Part shown: positions 32,473-40,168 of the stretch, one piece after another
How the letters are laid out: every line of letters begins with the position of its first letter
Position numbering within the stretch: the first letter of the stretch is position 1
Source: Calditrichota bacterium
Lineage (GTDB): Bacteria; Zhuqueibacterota; Zhuqueibacteria; Residuimicrobiales; Krinioviventaceae
NCBI GenBank assembly: GCA_013152225.1
Contig: JAADGR010000204.1
Coordinates: 1-42,792, forward strand
DNA length: 42,792 nucleotides
Reading direction: 5' to 3'
Made by a program: the position numbers and the translations under genes
Notes under the pieces: generated by a model
Databases searched by the model: none
Told to the model about the DNA's origin: nothing
The model's input: only the letters and a program-made list of their open reading frames with translations

Positions 32473-32766
32473 CTACTCCTCCTCGATCTCTTCACACCAG
32501 TCGTAGCGACAGTAGTGGCAATAATAGTGCAAGTGTTCTTTTTTCATTTCATTGTGTGGTTGCGTAAATTTTGATCGACAACCTTTGTAAAAACCATTAT
32601 CTGGATGATAAAAGACAGTATAAACGCTCTTTTTGCACTTTGGGCAGCAGTTGTCTCTATGGCCACAAATAATCTCTTCCTTGTACTCGTATTTAAAACC
32701 ACTTTTGTCTAACAGCTTACCTAACATTTCTTCCAGTTGCTTAATTTTCGGATTTTCACCACTCAT
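32473..32766 (-). CDS. Cys-rich zinc-binding protein (97 aa)
   Basis: I set the start at the ATG at 32766, which is preceded by AAGGAGAA. The cysteine motifs are CGHRDNCCPKCKK and YYCHYCRYDWC. The longer ORF-track start overlaps the upstream gene by 47 nt. Confidence 0.55.
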   Translation of the reverse strand: MSGENPKIKQLEEMLGKLLDKSGFKYEYKEEIICGHRDNCCPKCKKSVYTVFYHPDNGFYKGCRSKFTQPHNEMKKEHLHYYCHYCRYDWCEEIEEE

Positions 32767-32791
32767 TTTCTTTCTCCTTTTATTAAATACC

Positions 32792-32977
32792 TTACTCCCC
32801 CCAGCCATCATCCTGTCGCCAACCCGGGCGGGGTTCATTTTCTTTTTTTATTTCGTAAACGGCCTGATAGTATCCCTCAAGGAAGAGGGAAATATGGTGA
32901 GAAGTATCGGCTTTCTGACAAGGGCCAAATAACCATCCTTCTTCGGCCAGGATTTTTTCTGCTTTTTCTGTGTTCAT
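32792..32977 (-). CDS. hypothetical protein (61 aa)
   Basis: An AAGGAGGAG SD lies 5 nt before the ATG at 32977. Confidence 0.55.
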   Translation of the reverse strand: MNTEKAEKILAEEGWLFGPCQKADTSHHISLFLEGYYQAVYEIKKENEPRPGWRQDDGWGE

Positions 32978-33000
32978 AAGTACTCCTCCTTGTTTTTATT

Positions 33001-33243
33001 TTAACTTCTGCAGTTATCACACAAAACTTCCTCACCATCTTCATCTACCAACTCCCAGCTTTCAACCCACCAGCCACAACCTGGACAAATCTCAAGTCCC
33101 ATATTCAACATTTCTTCCTCCACATCATCGGGTTCGCAGTCCAGATCGAAATAATCAATCGCTTGTGCTGGAGAATAGCAGGTACCAAGCAAATATTCGA
33201 AAATGGCGTCCCAATCAATTTTTACAATTTTTTTCTTACCCAT
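33001..33243 (-). CDS. acidic Zn-ribbon protein (80 aa)
   Basis: It has the cysteine pairs CPGCGWW...CDNC. Confidence 0.55.
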   Translation of the reverse strand: MGKKKIVKIDWDAIFEYLLGTCYSPAQAIDYFDLDCEPDDVEEEMLNMGLEICPGCGWWVESWELVDEDGEEVLCDNCRS

Positions 33244-33338
33244 ATTTCTTCTTCCCCAAAGTAAATTTTGAAAAAGTCATTCATTCCTTCCCTGTATGCC
33301 TTTAAGAAATCGGCTATTGCTTGATATATTTTTTTCAT
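33222..33338 (-). CDS. possible small protein (38 aa)
   Basis: Hand translation is MKKIYQAIADFLKAYREGMNDFFKIYFGEEEIWVRKKL. It fills an otherwise empty 113-nt gap and overlaps the next start. The SD is weak. Confidence 0.3.
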   Translation of the reverse strand: MKKIYQAIADFLKAYREGMNDFFKIYFGEEEIWVRKKL

Positions 33339-33356
33339 ATCTGGCTATCCAGCTTT

Positions 33357-33620
33357 TTATCTTTCATCCTCTTTTTTTGATTCATACTTCTGCCCACAAA
33401 AAGGACAAAAATTATGCGTTATACTTCTTTTAATTTTCCGTTTTCGCTCATTAACTTTGATTTCTATGTTACTAATGGTTTTTAAGTCAATTTCATTTGA
33501 GAAAACGATTGCCTTATCAATGAATTCTACAAATTCTACAGTAAGGCCTTCTTTCTTAAATATTTCCGTTAATTGATCTTTTACTTTGCCCTTTTCAATT
33601 TCCTCGATGCAATTACACAT
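33357..33620 (-). CDS. small Cys-containing protein (87 aa)
   Basis: It has MCNC at the N-terminus and CPFCG at the C-terminus. It lies in the co-directional early operon. Confidence 0.55.
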   Translation of the reverse strand: MCNCIEEIEKGKVKDQLTEIFKKEGLTVEFVEFIDKAIVFSNEIDLKTISNIEIKVNERKRKIKRSITHNFCPFCGQKYESKKEDER

Positions 33621-33622
33621 AG

Positions 33623-34036
33623 TTATTCCTCCAATAAGTCTTCATTCTCATAAATATTTCCGATTATTTCGACATGGTCAGGATCTAAAGGATATTTAGT
33701 AAAAGGGTGAAATCCAAGGTATGTATTATCCCATTTTACAATGCCTATAAATTCTCGTTCGGCAAAGTTTATTTTGAGGATATCTCCTTCGTAAATTTCT
33801 TTATCGTTTTTATCTTTTGAGCCTATATACTGCCCGATTGTTTCTTTGACGACTTCGCAAATTTGATCAGCTCCAATAGTGCCATAAGAAATGTCACCAC
33901 GATCACAAACATCACTATATGGTTCTACCAAAATATATACATCACCATCAACAGTAAGTACGAGCTGGCCATTTACAAATTGACCATTATCTACTTTTTT
34001 ACCTCTAAATTTAATCTCTCTCATTTTTCCCTCCAT
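33623..34036 (-). CDS. YopX-family protein
   Basis: MREIKFRGKKVDNGQFVNG...YEGDILK...VEIIGNIYENEDLLE matches the characteristic YopX N- and C-terminal motifs. Confidence 0.75.
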   Translation of the reverse strand: MEGKMREIKFRGKKVDNGQFVNGQLVLTVDGDVYILVEPYSDVCDRGDISYGTIGADQICEVVKETIGQYIGSKDKNDKEIYEGDILKINFAEREFIGIVKWDNTYLGFHPFTKYPLDPDHVEIIGNIYENEDLLEE

Positions 34037-34683
34037 TTCGCAATTATCCAGTTAGGCGAACGTATTTCAATAATTTCGACTATCCCAAGCATTTCAAGCG
34101 TACGCAATGCCTCCGTGTATGAACCCATGCCTCTGCTATCCAAATTCCCATCCAAATCCGTGCACGCATCCGCAATAAGTGAAATTAAATCTTCAATAAT
34201 TTCCTCCCGCTCCTCAATCCACTGCCTCAAATAAACAGCCAGATCAAGGATTTCCTGATACGCATCCACCAGCGCATTTCTGCCATTAAATGCACGCAGC
34301 GGCTCGCCATATTTCTGTTTGCCAAGCTCTTTGCGTTTGCGGATGTCCTCTATAAGCAGGTCGTGAATTTCATTGCCATTGCCGCATGGTGTGGGCTGTT
34401 GCTGTGTGGCGGGTTCTTCGTCATCAGATTTAAATATATCATTAATCTTGTTCTCTTTACAAAATTCAAACACCCCGTTCCCGTACCGAAGCAGCCAATC
34501 ACCATAGTAAACACGTGTCTCCCCTTCTCGTGTCAAGATTATGATCCCCTCATCAAAAAGTTTTGCCGATATATTATTTTTGTTTCTTCTATTTATCCAA
34601 TGAACTATTTGAAGTGCGTTTTCTCTAATTAACTTTACAGCTTCAATAGAAATGGATCCTTTTTTAAAGCGATATTTTTTCAT
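34021..34683 (-). CDS. two-domain protein: N-terminal domain paralogous to the next gene; C-terminal all-alpha NTP-pyrophosphohydrolase-like segment (tentative)
   Basis: The N-terminus (KKGSISIEAVKL...TREGETRVYYGDWLLRYGNGVFEFCKENKINDIFK) parallels that of 34680-35219. The C-terminal KYGEPLRAFNGRNALVDAYQEILDLAVYLRQ resembles MazG-like helices. Confidence 0.55.
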   Translation of the reverse strand: MKKYRFKKGSISIEAVKLIRENALQIVHWINRRNKNNISAKLFDEGIIILTREGETRVYYGDWLLRYGNGVFEFCKENKINDIFKSDDEEPATQQQPTPCGNGNEIHDLLIEDIRKRKELGKQKYGEPLRAFNGRNALVDAYQEILDLAVYLRQWIEEREEIIEDLISLIADACTDLDGNLDSRGMGSYTEALRTLEMLGIVEIIEIRSPNWIIAKWREK

Positions 34684-35219
34684 AACTTTCCCCTTAGGAA
34701 TTCTTGAATAATTCCAATTATTTCGTTTGCTTCCGCCCGGTCACTATCTTTTTCCTTTTCAGTTAAGTCACTATACAAAGTATTCATCTGCCTTTCCCAT
34801 CTCTTAACAGCCCATTTTGGTATCGTTACAGTCCCATCGCTGTTTTTCTTTGATTTGCTAAACAAATATTTCATCCACCCAGACCATGCTCGGTGTGCAT
34901 AATCTGCCAGTGTTTCCACCAAATCGTTTTGTGTGTGTTCATCATCAACGGGTTCGTACATCTTTTCAAATACATCAGACTTGCATGGGTAGAATTCGCC
35001 TTTAACGCCTTTAATAATCCAGTCACCTACATTCGCTCTCATCACTCCCTCAAGCGTTTTTATAAGTAAATCGTTTGAATATTTTGCATAGACAATTTTC
35101 CGTTTAATCAACTCTTTTTTTGTATCATTACTCCATTTCTCGATCTTTTCATAGGTTTCTGGTTTGCCATCCCATTGGATTGCTTCGATAATGATTGGCC
35201 TCTTGCGGTATTTTTTCAT
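34680..35219 (-). CDS. two-domain protein: N-terminal beta-barrel-like phage domain (GDWIIKGVKGEFYPCKSDVFEKMYE); C-terminal RyR-repeat-like segment (tentative)
   Basis: KRPIIIEAIQWDG...TLEGVMRANVGDWIIKGVKGEFYPC is a common phage domain pattern. The C-terminal LADYAHRAWSGWMKY...LTEKEKDSDRAEANEII resembles RyR-domain repeats. Confidence 0.55.
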   Translation of the reverse strand: MKKYRKRPIIIEAIQWDGKPETYEKIEKWSNDTKKELIKRKIVYAKYSNDLLIKTLEGVMRANVGDWIIKGVKGEFYPCKSDVFEKMYEPVDDEHTQNDLVETLADYAHRAWSGWMKYLFSKSKKNSDGTVTIPKWAVKRWERQMNTLYSDLTEKEKDSDRAEANEIIGIIQEFLRGKL

Positions 35220-35470
35220 TTTTCTCCCCTTTCGTCAATGAAATCATCTCGATCAATTACATATCTGGCGCGACACAATTCAATTTCAATACAATAAATT
35301 CCTTCTTGAACATCTTGGTGGGGAGAGTCGACACGGAATAAAGGGCACCACTCACCACATTCCAACATATCATCCGCCGGCCCCCGGTAAGTGTATGGGC
35401 ACCACACCGGCTTCAATTTCCCAACCCGCTCCAACCACAAATACCCACTCTTATCAACCTTCGCTTTCAT
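35216..35470 (-). CDS. Cys-containing hypothetical protein (84 aa)
   Basis: The ORF has 4-nt ATGA-type overlaps and lies in the early operon. Confidence 0.55.
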   Translation of the reverse strand: MKAKVDKSGYLWLERVGKLKPVWCPYTYRGPADDMLECGEWCPLFRVDSPHQDVQEGIYCIEIELCRARYVIDRDDFIDERGEK

Positions 35471-35654
35471 TGTCTCCTCCTTCTATTTCATAAATGCATA
35501 CCGGATAGGTATCAAGTCTCACAGTCGTATTAACTTTTCTATATATTAATAGCTCACCATCCTTAGAGTAAATCTCTAACACTTCCGGAGCCTTCTCTTT
35601 AAGTATTTTACGGCCTTCTTCTGGCCCGTCTGCAAAATATATGTAGTACATCAT
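35454..35654 (-). CDS. hypothetical protein (66 aa)
   Basis: The ORF lies in the operon and overlaps neighbouring starts and stops. Confidence 0.5.
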   Translation of the reverse strand: MMYYIYFADGPEEGRKILKEKAPEVLEIYSKDGELLIYRKVNTTVRLDTYPVCIYEIEGGDNESEG

Positions 35655-35854
35655 TTCGACCTTTCTTCTAATTGTTCTTGCAAGTCTTCTAATTGTTCTT
35701 GCAAGTCTCTTATTGTCACTTTCATATTCTCTACTTCATCTAATAAATCCTCATATTTACCTTCCAGATCCCAAATCAAATTCTTAACATCCACAATGTA
35801 GTCAATGGCCAGATCCAATTTTGTTAATGCATCATTGAAATCAAAATCGCTCAT
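35651..35854 (-). CDS. acidic coiled-coil protein (67 aa)
   Basis: It has heptad-like sequence ending in LQEQLEDLQEQLEERSK. It contains a perfect 21-bp tandem duplication. Confidence 0.55.
   Translation of the reverse strand: MSDFDFNDALTKLDLAIDYIVDVKNLIWDLEGKYEDLLDEVENMKVTIRDLQEQLEDLQEQLEERSK
35664..35705. repeat. perfect 21-bp tandem duplication (2 copies)
   Basis: TCTTCTAATTGTTCTTGCAAG occurs at 35664-35684 and again at 35685-35705. It is in frame and duplicates one heptad (LQEQLE[D/E]). Confidence 0.9.
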
Positions 35855-36083
35855 CGCTTTCTCCTAATCTCTTTCTTAGTGCCTTTATTTCCTCCATCAA
35901 CATAAAATCCCCGGAAAATTCTTCAACCATGTCAACAAATGATTCCAGTTCGCGGATTTTATTTTGGTCTTTTTTCCTGAAGTAGCTGAATTCCATTTTT
36001 ATTAGTATTCCTACAATTATCAAAACGAGGAATACAAACATATAACCCAGTACAAGGGCGAATATAAGTTCGTCACAATTCAT
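35841..36083 (-). CDS. small membrane protein (80 aa)
   Basis: It has an N-terminal TM helix (LIFALVLGYMFVFLVLIIVGILI). Confidence 0.55.
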   Translation of the reverse strand: MNCDELIFALVLGYMFVFLVLIIVGILIKMEFSYFRKKDQNKIRELESFVDMVEEFSGDFMLMEEIKALRKRLGESDERF

Positions 36084-36436
36084 TTACTGCCTTCCTCATA
36101 AATTTTAATTGCTTTACTAAGTTCATAAAGTTCTATCAGTTCATTAAAAAAATCATATAATTTATCAAACGTATCACTAAAAAATTTGTCAATATTTGCA
36201 TTTGTTGGTACGTGATTCTCCACGAATTCAATAATGTAATAATCATTTTCCAAGTAAATATAACGGATGTTATACTCTTTACCCTTTGTAATAAACTTCC
36301 AAGTATCTCGTTTATTAATTGCTGGTGATAAGATTTCTTTTATGCTATAACCATGGATATAATGGTCATTGCTAATTTTAAAATACCATTTTGCAGAATA
36401 GCCGGCCTTTTTTTCGATTTTGATATTTATTGACAT
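36080..36436 (-). CDS. hypothetical protein (118 aa)
   Basis: An AGGAGGAG SD precedes the ATG at 36436. It is the first gene after the 36437-36647 intergenic region. Confidence 0.6.
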   Translation of the reverse strand: MSINIKIEKKAGYSAKWYFKISNDHYIHGYSIKEILSPAINKRDTWKFITKGKEYNIRYIYLENDYYIIEFVENHVPTNANIDKFFSDTFDKLYDFFNELIELYELSKAIKIYEEGSK

Positions 36437-36455
36437 ATCTCCTCCTGCTATTTTT

Positions 36456-36497
36456 AAAACTTGCCCTGCCGATCTACCCGGCGGAGCCGACAGGGCA
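36456..36497 (-). terminator. hairpin plus short U-tract (terminator or attenuator) upstream of the 36436 gene
   Basis: The minus-strand stem is TGCCCTG...CAGGGCA (36497-36491 / 36468-36462), extended by 2 bp past a mismatch. It is followed by AGTTTTAAAAA, then the SD. Confidence 0.4.
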
Positions 36498-36647
36498 GCC
36501 TTTCACGTGAATCTCATGCATGGCTCTTGAAAAATCGGTTGAAAGATCAAACAATTCCCCATTTAAAAATGGAGAGCCATGTCAAAGACCATTCATCTCG
36601 CTAAACGGGATATAGCCGGGCTTTTTTATGTTATCCTACCACCACTC

Positions 36648-37874
36648 TTAAAACAGTGTCGGCTGATCATTATCTTTATTTTCAACTTTTTCAGCTTTGC
36701 TTTCAGTTTTAGCTTCATTTTCTACCGTCCTCTCTCTATCATCCGGACCGAACATTTGCTCCAGCTCTTCTTTCTCGTTTTTGGGCTTGTACAGGATTTT
36801 GTCTAAGATTTCAAATGCTTCTTCCTCTGTCCACTGAAGACCTTCGCGTTGTTGTTGAACAACGTAATAATGGAATTCCCTCTTGAATTTCTGGAGCACG
36901 TTAATCCCCCAGTCCAGAATTTCGATTGGTAAGGTCTGCACCTTGGTCCAGCTTCGAGTATTAAAAACGCGCTCAGAAAGATCCGCCCGGAATTTCTTTT
37001 CTCTGGCACTTTGTCCTGGAGCAATTTGCAGAAATAACCCTGAAATTTCTTCAGTTAAAATCTGACGCTGGGTGCGTTTATCTTCACCATCTTTCGGGAA
37101 AACATCCGGTGTTTCTTCGACTTCTTCTGGGACATATTCTCCAGCCAACATAGCGTCAATCGCGGGCTTGAAGTCTTCGAAGGTAGGATTCATGAATCTT
37201 TTCCCGTCGATAATTGTCGATCGATCTTTCAACACATTGGCATAGCGCACCAGCCGCATCGTATTCTTTTCCATGATTTTTTCTTTTTCCATCAAAACTA
37301 CGATATCCGGCTCATATTCCATCTCCGTTTCAGCACGCATTTTGATTCCGGTTTTGATCAATTGCTTCTGGCCATCCTCATCCTCTTCAAAATCGAATTC
37401 ATATCCTGCACGGCCGGTGAAAATGATATGAATCGGTGACATCACGAATTTATCACTAAATCGTTCCTTCCACTGTGGCTTGATGATCCCCCAGTCTCCG
37501 AGTGTTAGTCGATTGCGCTTCTTCTGCTTCATATATGCCTGTACAAAGCTCTCCCAGACATGAGAAATGCTGTCGATGATCAAAATATCCGCCGTCCCTT
37601 CCTCGCAATATTTCATTGTCATCTCCAGATCAGCCAGAGTTCTCGATTCCTTTACCAAAACTTTGATACCGGCCTTGTCGAACAGGGGCTTTAGGGCCTT
37701 GAGACTCCTTTCGGTATCGTAGAACACAATCGGCTTTTTTGATTTGATCATCCGGTGCAGACCTATGGCAATCTGACTCGCCGTATAAGTCTTACCGGTA
37801 CCCGGAAAACCTTCAAAGGCCATCTTCAAAAATGGCCGTGTGTTTTCGAGATCCTTAAAAAAGCTGTTACTCAT
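36648..37874 (-). CDS. Sak4-like / AAA_24-type RecA-fold ATPase with C-terminal extension
   Basis: It has the Walker A motif FEGFPGTGKTYT and Walker B ADILIIDSISHVWE, then GDWGIIKPQWKERF and IIFTGRAGYEF. The layout resembles phage Sak4/AAA_24 recombination ATPases. Confidence 0.6.
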   Translation of the reverse strand: MSNSFFKDLENTRPFLKMAFEGFPGTGKTYTASQIAIGLHRMIKSKKPIVFYDTERSLKALKPLFDKAGIKVLVKESRTLADLEMTMKYCEEGTADILIIDSISHVWESFVQAYMKQKKRNRLTLGDWGIIKPQWKERFSDKFVMSPIHIIFTGRAGYEFDFEEDEDGQKQLIKTGIKMRAETEMEYEPDIVVLMEKEKIMEKNTMRLVRYANVLKDRSTIIDGKRFMNPTFEDFKPAIDAMLAGEYVPEEVEETPDVFPKDGEDKRTQRQILTEEISGLFLQIAPGQSAREKKFRADLSERVFNTRSWTKVQTLPIEILDWGINVLQKFKREFHYYVVQQQREGLQWTEEEAFEILDKILYKPKNEKEELEQMFGPDDRERTVENEAKTESKAEKVENKDNDQPTLF

Positions 37875-38163
37875 TGTTTGCGTACCTCCTTAAATTTGTC
37901 AGCTCCTCTTCTATATTTAATAATGCCTGGTATATTTCTTCAGCGTCTTCGGTTTGTATCTGATATTTATATTGTATTTTATAATAAAGATCATCCAGGA
38001 TTTCTATGTACTTATGTATGATTCTTAGAAGATATGACCGGCAACACTCCATACAATACCTGCCTGCCTCAAGGTCATAAACCTGATCTTTATCGTAATC
38101 GATTTTTTCAGCGCAAATTGAACATACTGTGATGCTTTTGTTAACCTCTAACATCCCCGGCAT
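37867..38163 (-). CDS. Zn-ribbon protein (98 aa)
   Basis: It has the cysteine pairs CSICAEK...CMECC. Confidence 0.55.
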   Translation of the reverse strand: MPGMLEVNKSITVCSICAEKIDYDKDQVYDLEAGRYCMECCRSYLLRIIHKYIEILDDLYYKIQYKYQIQTEDAEEIYQALLNIEEELTNLRRYANNE

Positions 38164-38569
38164 GGCTGGGCTCCAGTTCTTTTTGCAATTGAATCAAATT
38201 TTTCAGTAACGATTCAATGTCGATAATGCTGTTTTGCGGTCGGATATCCAATTCCTGAAACATTGTTTTCAGATCCTGGATTACATCAAATGCTCTTTGG
38301 AAATTCTCATGGTTAGTAAATACGAAAGCATGTGTGATCAGGCCATACATTTCATCCCGGGCTGGATTCATATTTAATTCGCCGATTTCCTCCCGCAAAT
38401 CCCACATGATTTTCATCACCCGGTGTTTAAATGATTGAATCTCTTTTTTCTTTGCACGGACGACCATTGGGGTCAGGGCCAATATCGCGCCGGAAACTTT
38501 TAATATGAGTAAAAGACTCAGAATAATCAGACTTAAGCCGATAATTAATAGAATTCGACGATCTTTCAT
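38141..38569 (-). CDS. membrane-anchored protein (142 aa)
   Basis: It has an N-terminal TM segment (RRILLIIGLSLIILSLLLILKVSGAILAL). Confidence 0.55.
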   Translation of the reverse strand: MKDRRILLIIGLSLIILSLLLILKVSGAILALTPMVVRAKKKEIQSFKHRVMKIMWDLREEIGELNMNPARDEMYGLITHAFVFTNHENFQRAFDVIQDLKTMFQELDIRPQNSIIDIESLLKNLIQLQKELEPSHAGDVRG

Positions 38570-38577
38570 GGCTCCTC

Positions 38578-38904
38578 CTATTTTAGTCTTTTAAGAATTC
38601 CGATTTCACAATTTTCAATGATGAAATCGATGCCAACTGAGCCTTTGATGGCGGGATCATCCAGACGGCGGGTTAAACGAAAAACCAGTGCCTCATCACC
38701 CGGTTTCATTTTAATCAATTTCCGATTAACTGGGATTTTTATTCCCACCAGCATTTCCAGTGCCTTGGCAGTTTCCTCGTAACCAAGAGTAGATTCCCAG
38801 GGATTCTCCTTTAACCATCGCCGGGCTTCATTAATGTTAATATGCAGATAAATATAATTTCCCGGTGTGGTTATCACGGCCGAATTGAGAATATAGTATG
38901 CCAT
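38578..38904 (-). CDS. DUF1874 (STIV B116 / AcrIII-1 ring-nuclease family)-like protein
   Basis: YILNSAVITTPGNY...STLGYEETAKALEMLVGIKIPVNRKLIKMKPGDEALVFRLTRRL aligns by eye with the remembered SIRV1 gp29/B116 pattern. That pattern is ANAFSINM...NSIGHDSTIQLINSLCG...QKNRVEIKL...D..YVVQISQRL. Confidence 0.6.
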   Translation of the reverse strand: MAYYILNSAVITTPGNYIYLHININEARRWLKENPWESTLGYEETAKALEMLVGIKIPVNRKLIKMKPGDEALVFRLTRRLDDPAIKGSVGIDFIIENCEIGILKRLK

Positions 38905-38905
38905 A

Positions 38906-39079
38906 TTACTCCTCCTTTATGATTTTTTGGACATATCGCCTAATTTGGCGAGCTTTCTTTGAATTCCTCTGGCGGGTAATTGCCATGCTAACAAATTGGC
39001 GGGAAACTCCGAATTCTTTGGCGATGTCTTCCAAGGTGATACCGCGACTCCACAGTAGTCGAACAATATAACTTGCCAT
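38906..39079 (-). CDS. small HTH DNA-binding protein (57 aa), first gene of the early operon
   Basis: MASYIVRLLWSRGITLEDIAKEFGVSRQFVSMAITRQRNSKKARQIRRYV contains a clear helix-turn-helix. I moved the start to the ATG at 39079. The ORF-track TTG start at 39133 coincides with the promoter -35 hexamer. Confidence 0.6.
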   Translation of the reverse strand: MASYIVRLLWSRGITLEDIAKEFGVSRQFVSMAITRQRNSKKARQIRRYVQKIIKEE

Positions 39080-39104
39080 ATTAGATCCTGTTAATGTTGT
39101 CAAC

Positions 39105-39133
39105 AAAATAGGGAATAAAAATAAGATTGTCAA
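39105..39133 (-). promoter_or_regulatory. candidate early promoter with overlapping palindrome
   Basis: The minus strand reads TTGACA (39133-39128), a 17-nt spacer, then TATTTT (39110-39105). A second TTGACA lies at 39103-39098. The 11-bp palindrome TGTTG-A-CAACA (39095-39105) abuts the -10. Confidence 0.45.
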
Positions 39134-39152
39134 GAGAAAAATTTAGGGTAGG

Positions 39153-39473
39153 CTATTTTACTTCAAAATGGTAAACATCTCTATTATTCCAATCCCCACC
39201 CCACACATGCCCGGGGCCAAGGGATTTCCAGTAACGTCCCATGGCTTCATACTGCCAGCCGTCCTCTACGAATTCCCCATTCTCAATGACCTGCAGATCC
39301 ACTGCCTTTGCCGATAGATGCTTTGACCGCATTGTCCAGCTTACACCAGATCTGAAAAGGTGTTCTTGCTCCCTCGTAGATCGGCGTACCCAGTCGATTT
39401 GTACCTGGATGCCATGGTAATAACAGAAGTTTAACAATTTCCGGACGCTTTCTGTGAATTGAATGCGTGTCAT
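39153..39473 (-). CDS. endolysin, peptidase M15 (VanY / L-Ala-D-Glu peptidase-like)
   Basis: The motifs are WVRRSTREQEHLF, SKHLSAKAVDL (SxHxxxxAxD) and DVYHFEV. These give the H/D/H zinc-ligand pattern of M15 cell-wall peptidases. The protein is 106 aa. Confidence 0.8.
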   Translation of the reverse strand: MTRIQFTESVRKLLNFCYYHGIQVQIDWVRRSTREQEHLFRSGVSWTMRSKHLSAKAVDLQVIENGEFVEDGWQYEAMGRYWKSLGPGHVWGGDWNNRDVYHFEVK

Positions 39474-40159
39474 TACTTATAATCAGAATCTTCAGAAATT
39501 TCTATATAATCCTTTCCAGTTATATTACTCATAAATTTAGCTAAATCTAAAATTAACTCTTCCATATTTACTTTTATCTCCCTGCCTGATTTTAGATTCT
39601 TTGAATAAAATATCCATCTGCCAGTTGAGTCGTGAGGTGATATGAGCGTAGCATTTCCTGCTCCATCATAAACGTACATTTCACCAGAAGAAACATAAAA
39701 TCCTGCGGCGTTAGTGGCAGGCGTCGTGGGAGGTTGCGCTGCATTGTACAATATAAGCATCCCAGACGCCCCTAAATCGTTAGTCGTATTAGTGAACAAA
39801 TGTACATTCTTGTCATTAACTATAAGCCTTTTATTTGAATATTGATAAGTTCCTCCAACAGAAACAACCCATGCACCACCAGCGGCCGGATTCCAAAGAT
39901 ATGTAGCGCTCCTGTAGAATTCAATAACACCACCAAATATCTTGAGATATTCAGTAGTATTCGTAAAGTCGATCTTAAATTCTTCTCCAGCATCCACGTT
40001 AAACAAGGCAGGAGCGTTGAAAATTGAATTTGAATATACACCAAGTGGTTTAGAAATAAGCACCGAGTCAGGAGCCCCACGTATGCCAGGGTGCCTAAAA
40101 AATGACCACTGTGACCACAATGAAGGAACAATTAACAAAAATAATAAAATTCTAACCAT
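39473..40159 (-). CDS. hypothetical protein with N-terminal signal-like segment (228 aa)
   Basis: An AGGAGG SD precedes the start. The N-terminus reads MVRILLFLLIVPSLWSQWSFF. It has a 1-nt overlap with the endolysin start. Confidence 0.6.
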   Translation of the reverse strand: MVRILLFLLIVPSLWSQWSFFRHPGIRGAPDSVLISKPLGVYSNSIFNAPALFNVDAGEEFKIDFTNTTEYLKIFGGVIEFYRSATYLWNPAAGGAWVVSVGGTYQYSNKRLIVNDKNVHLFTNTTNDLGASGMLILYNAAQPPTTPATNAAGFYVSSGEMYVYDGAGNATLISPHDSTGRWIFYSKNLKSGREIKVNMEELILDLAKFMSNITGKDYIEISEDSDYK

Positions 40160-40168
40160 TTTATCCTC

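Noticed and set aside
36579-36806. A 75-aa plus-strand ORF starting in the 36437-36647 intergenic region.
   Set aside because: It runs antisense into the Sak4-like gene. It is hydrophobic and low-complexity and has no SD.
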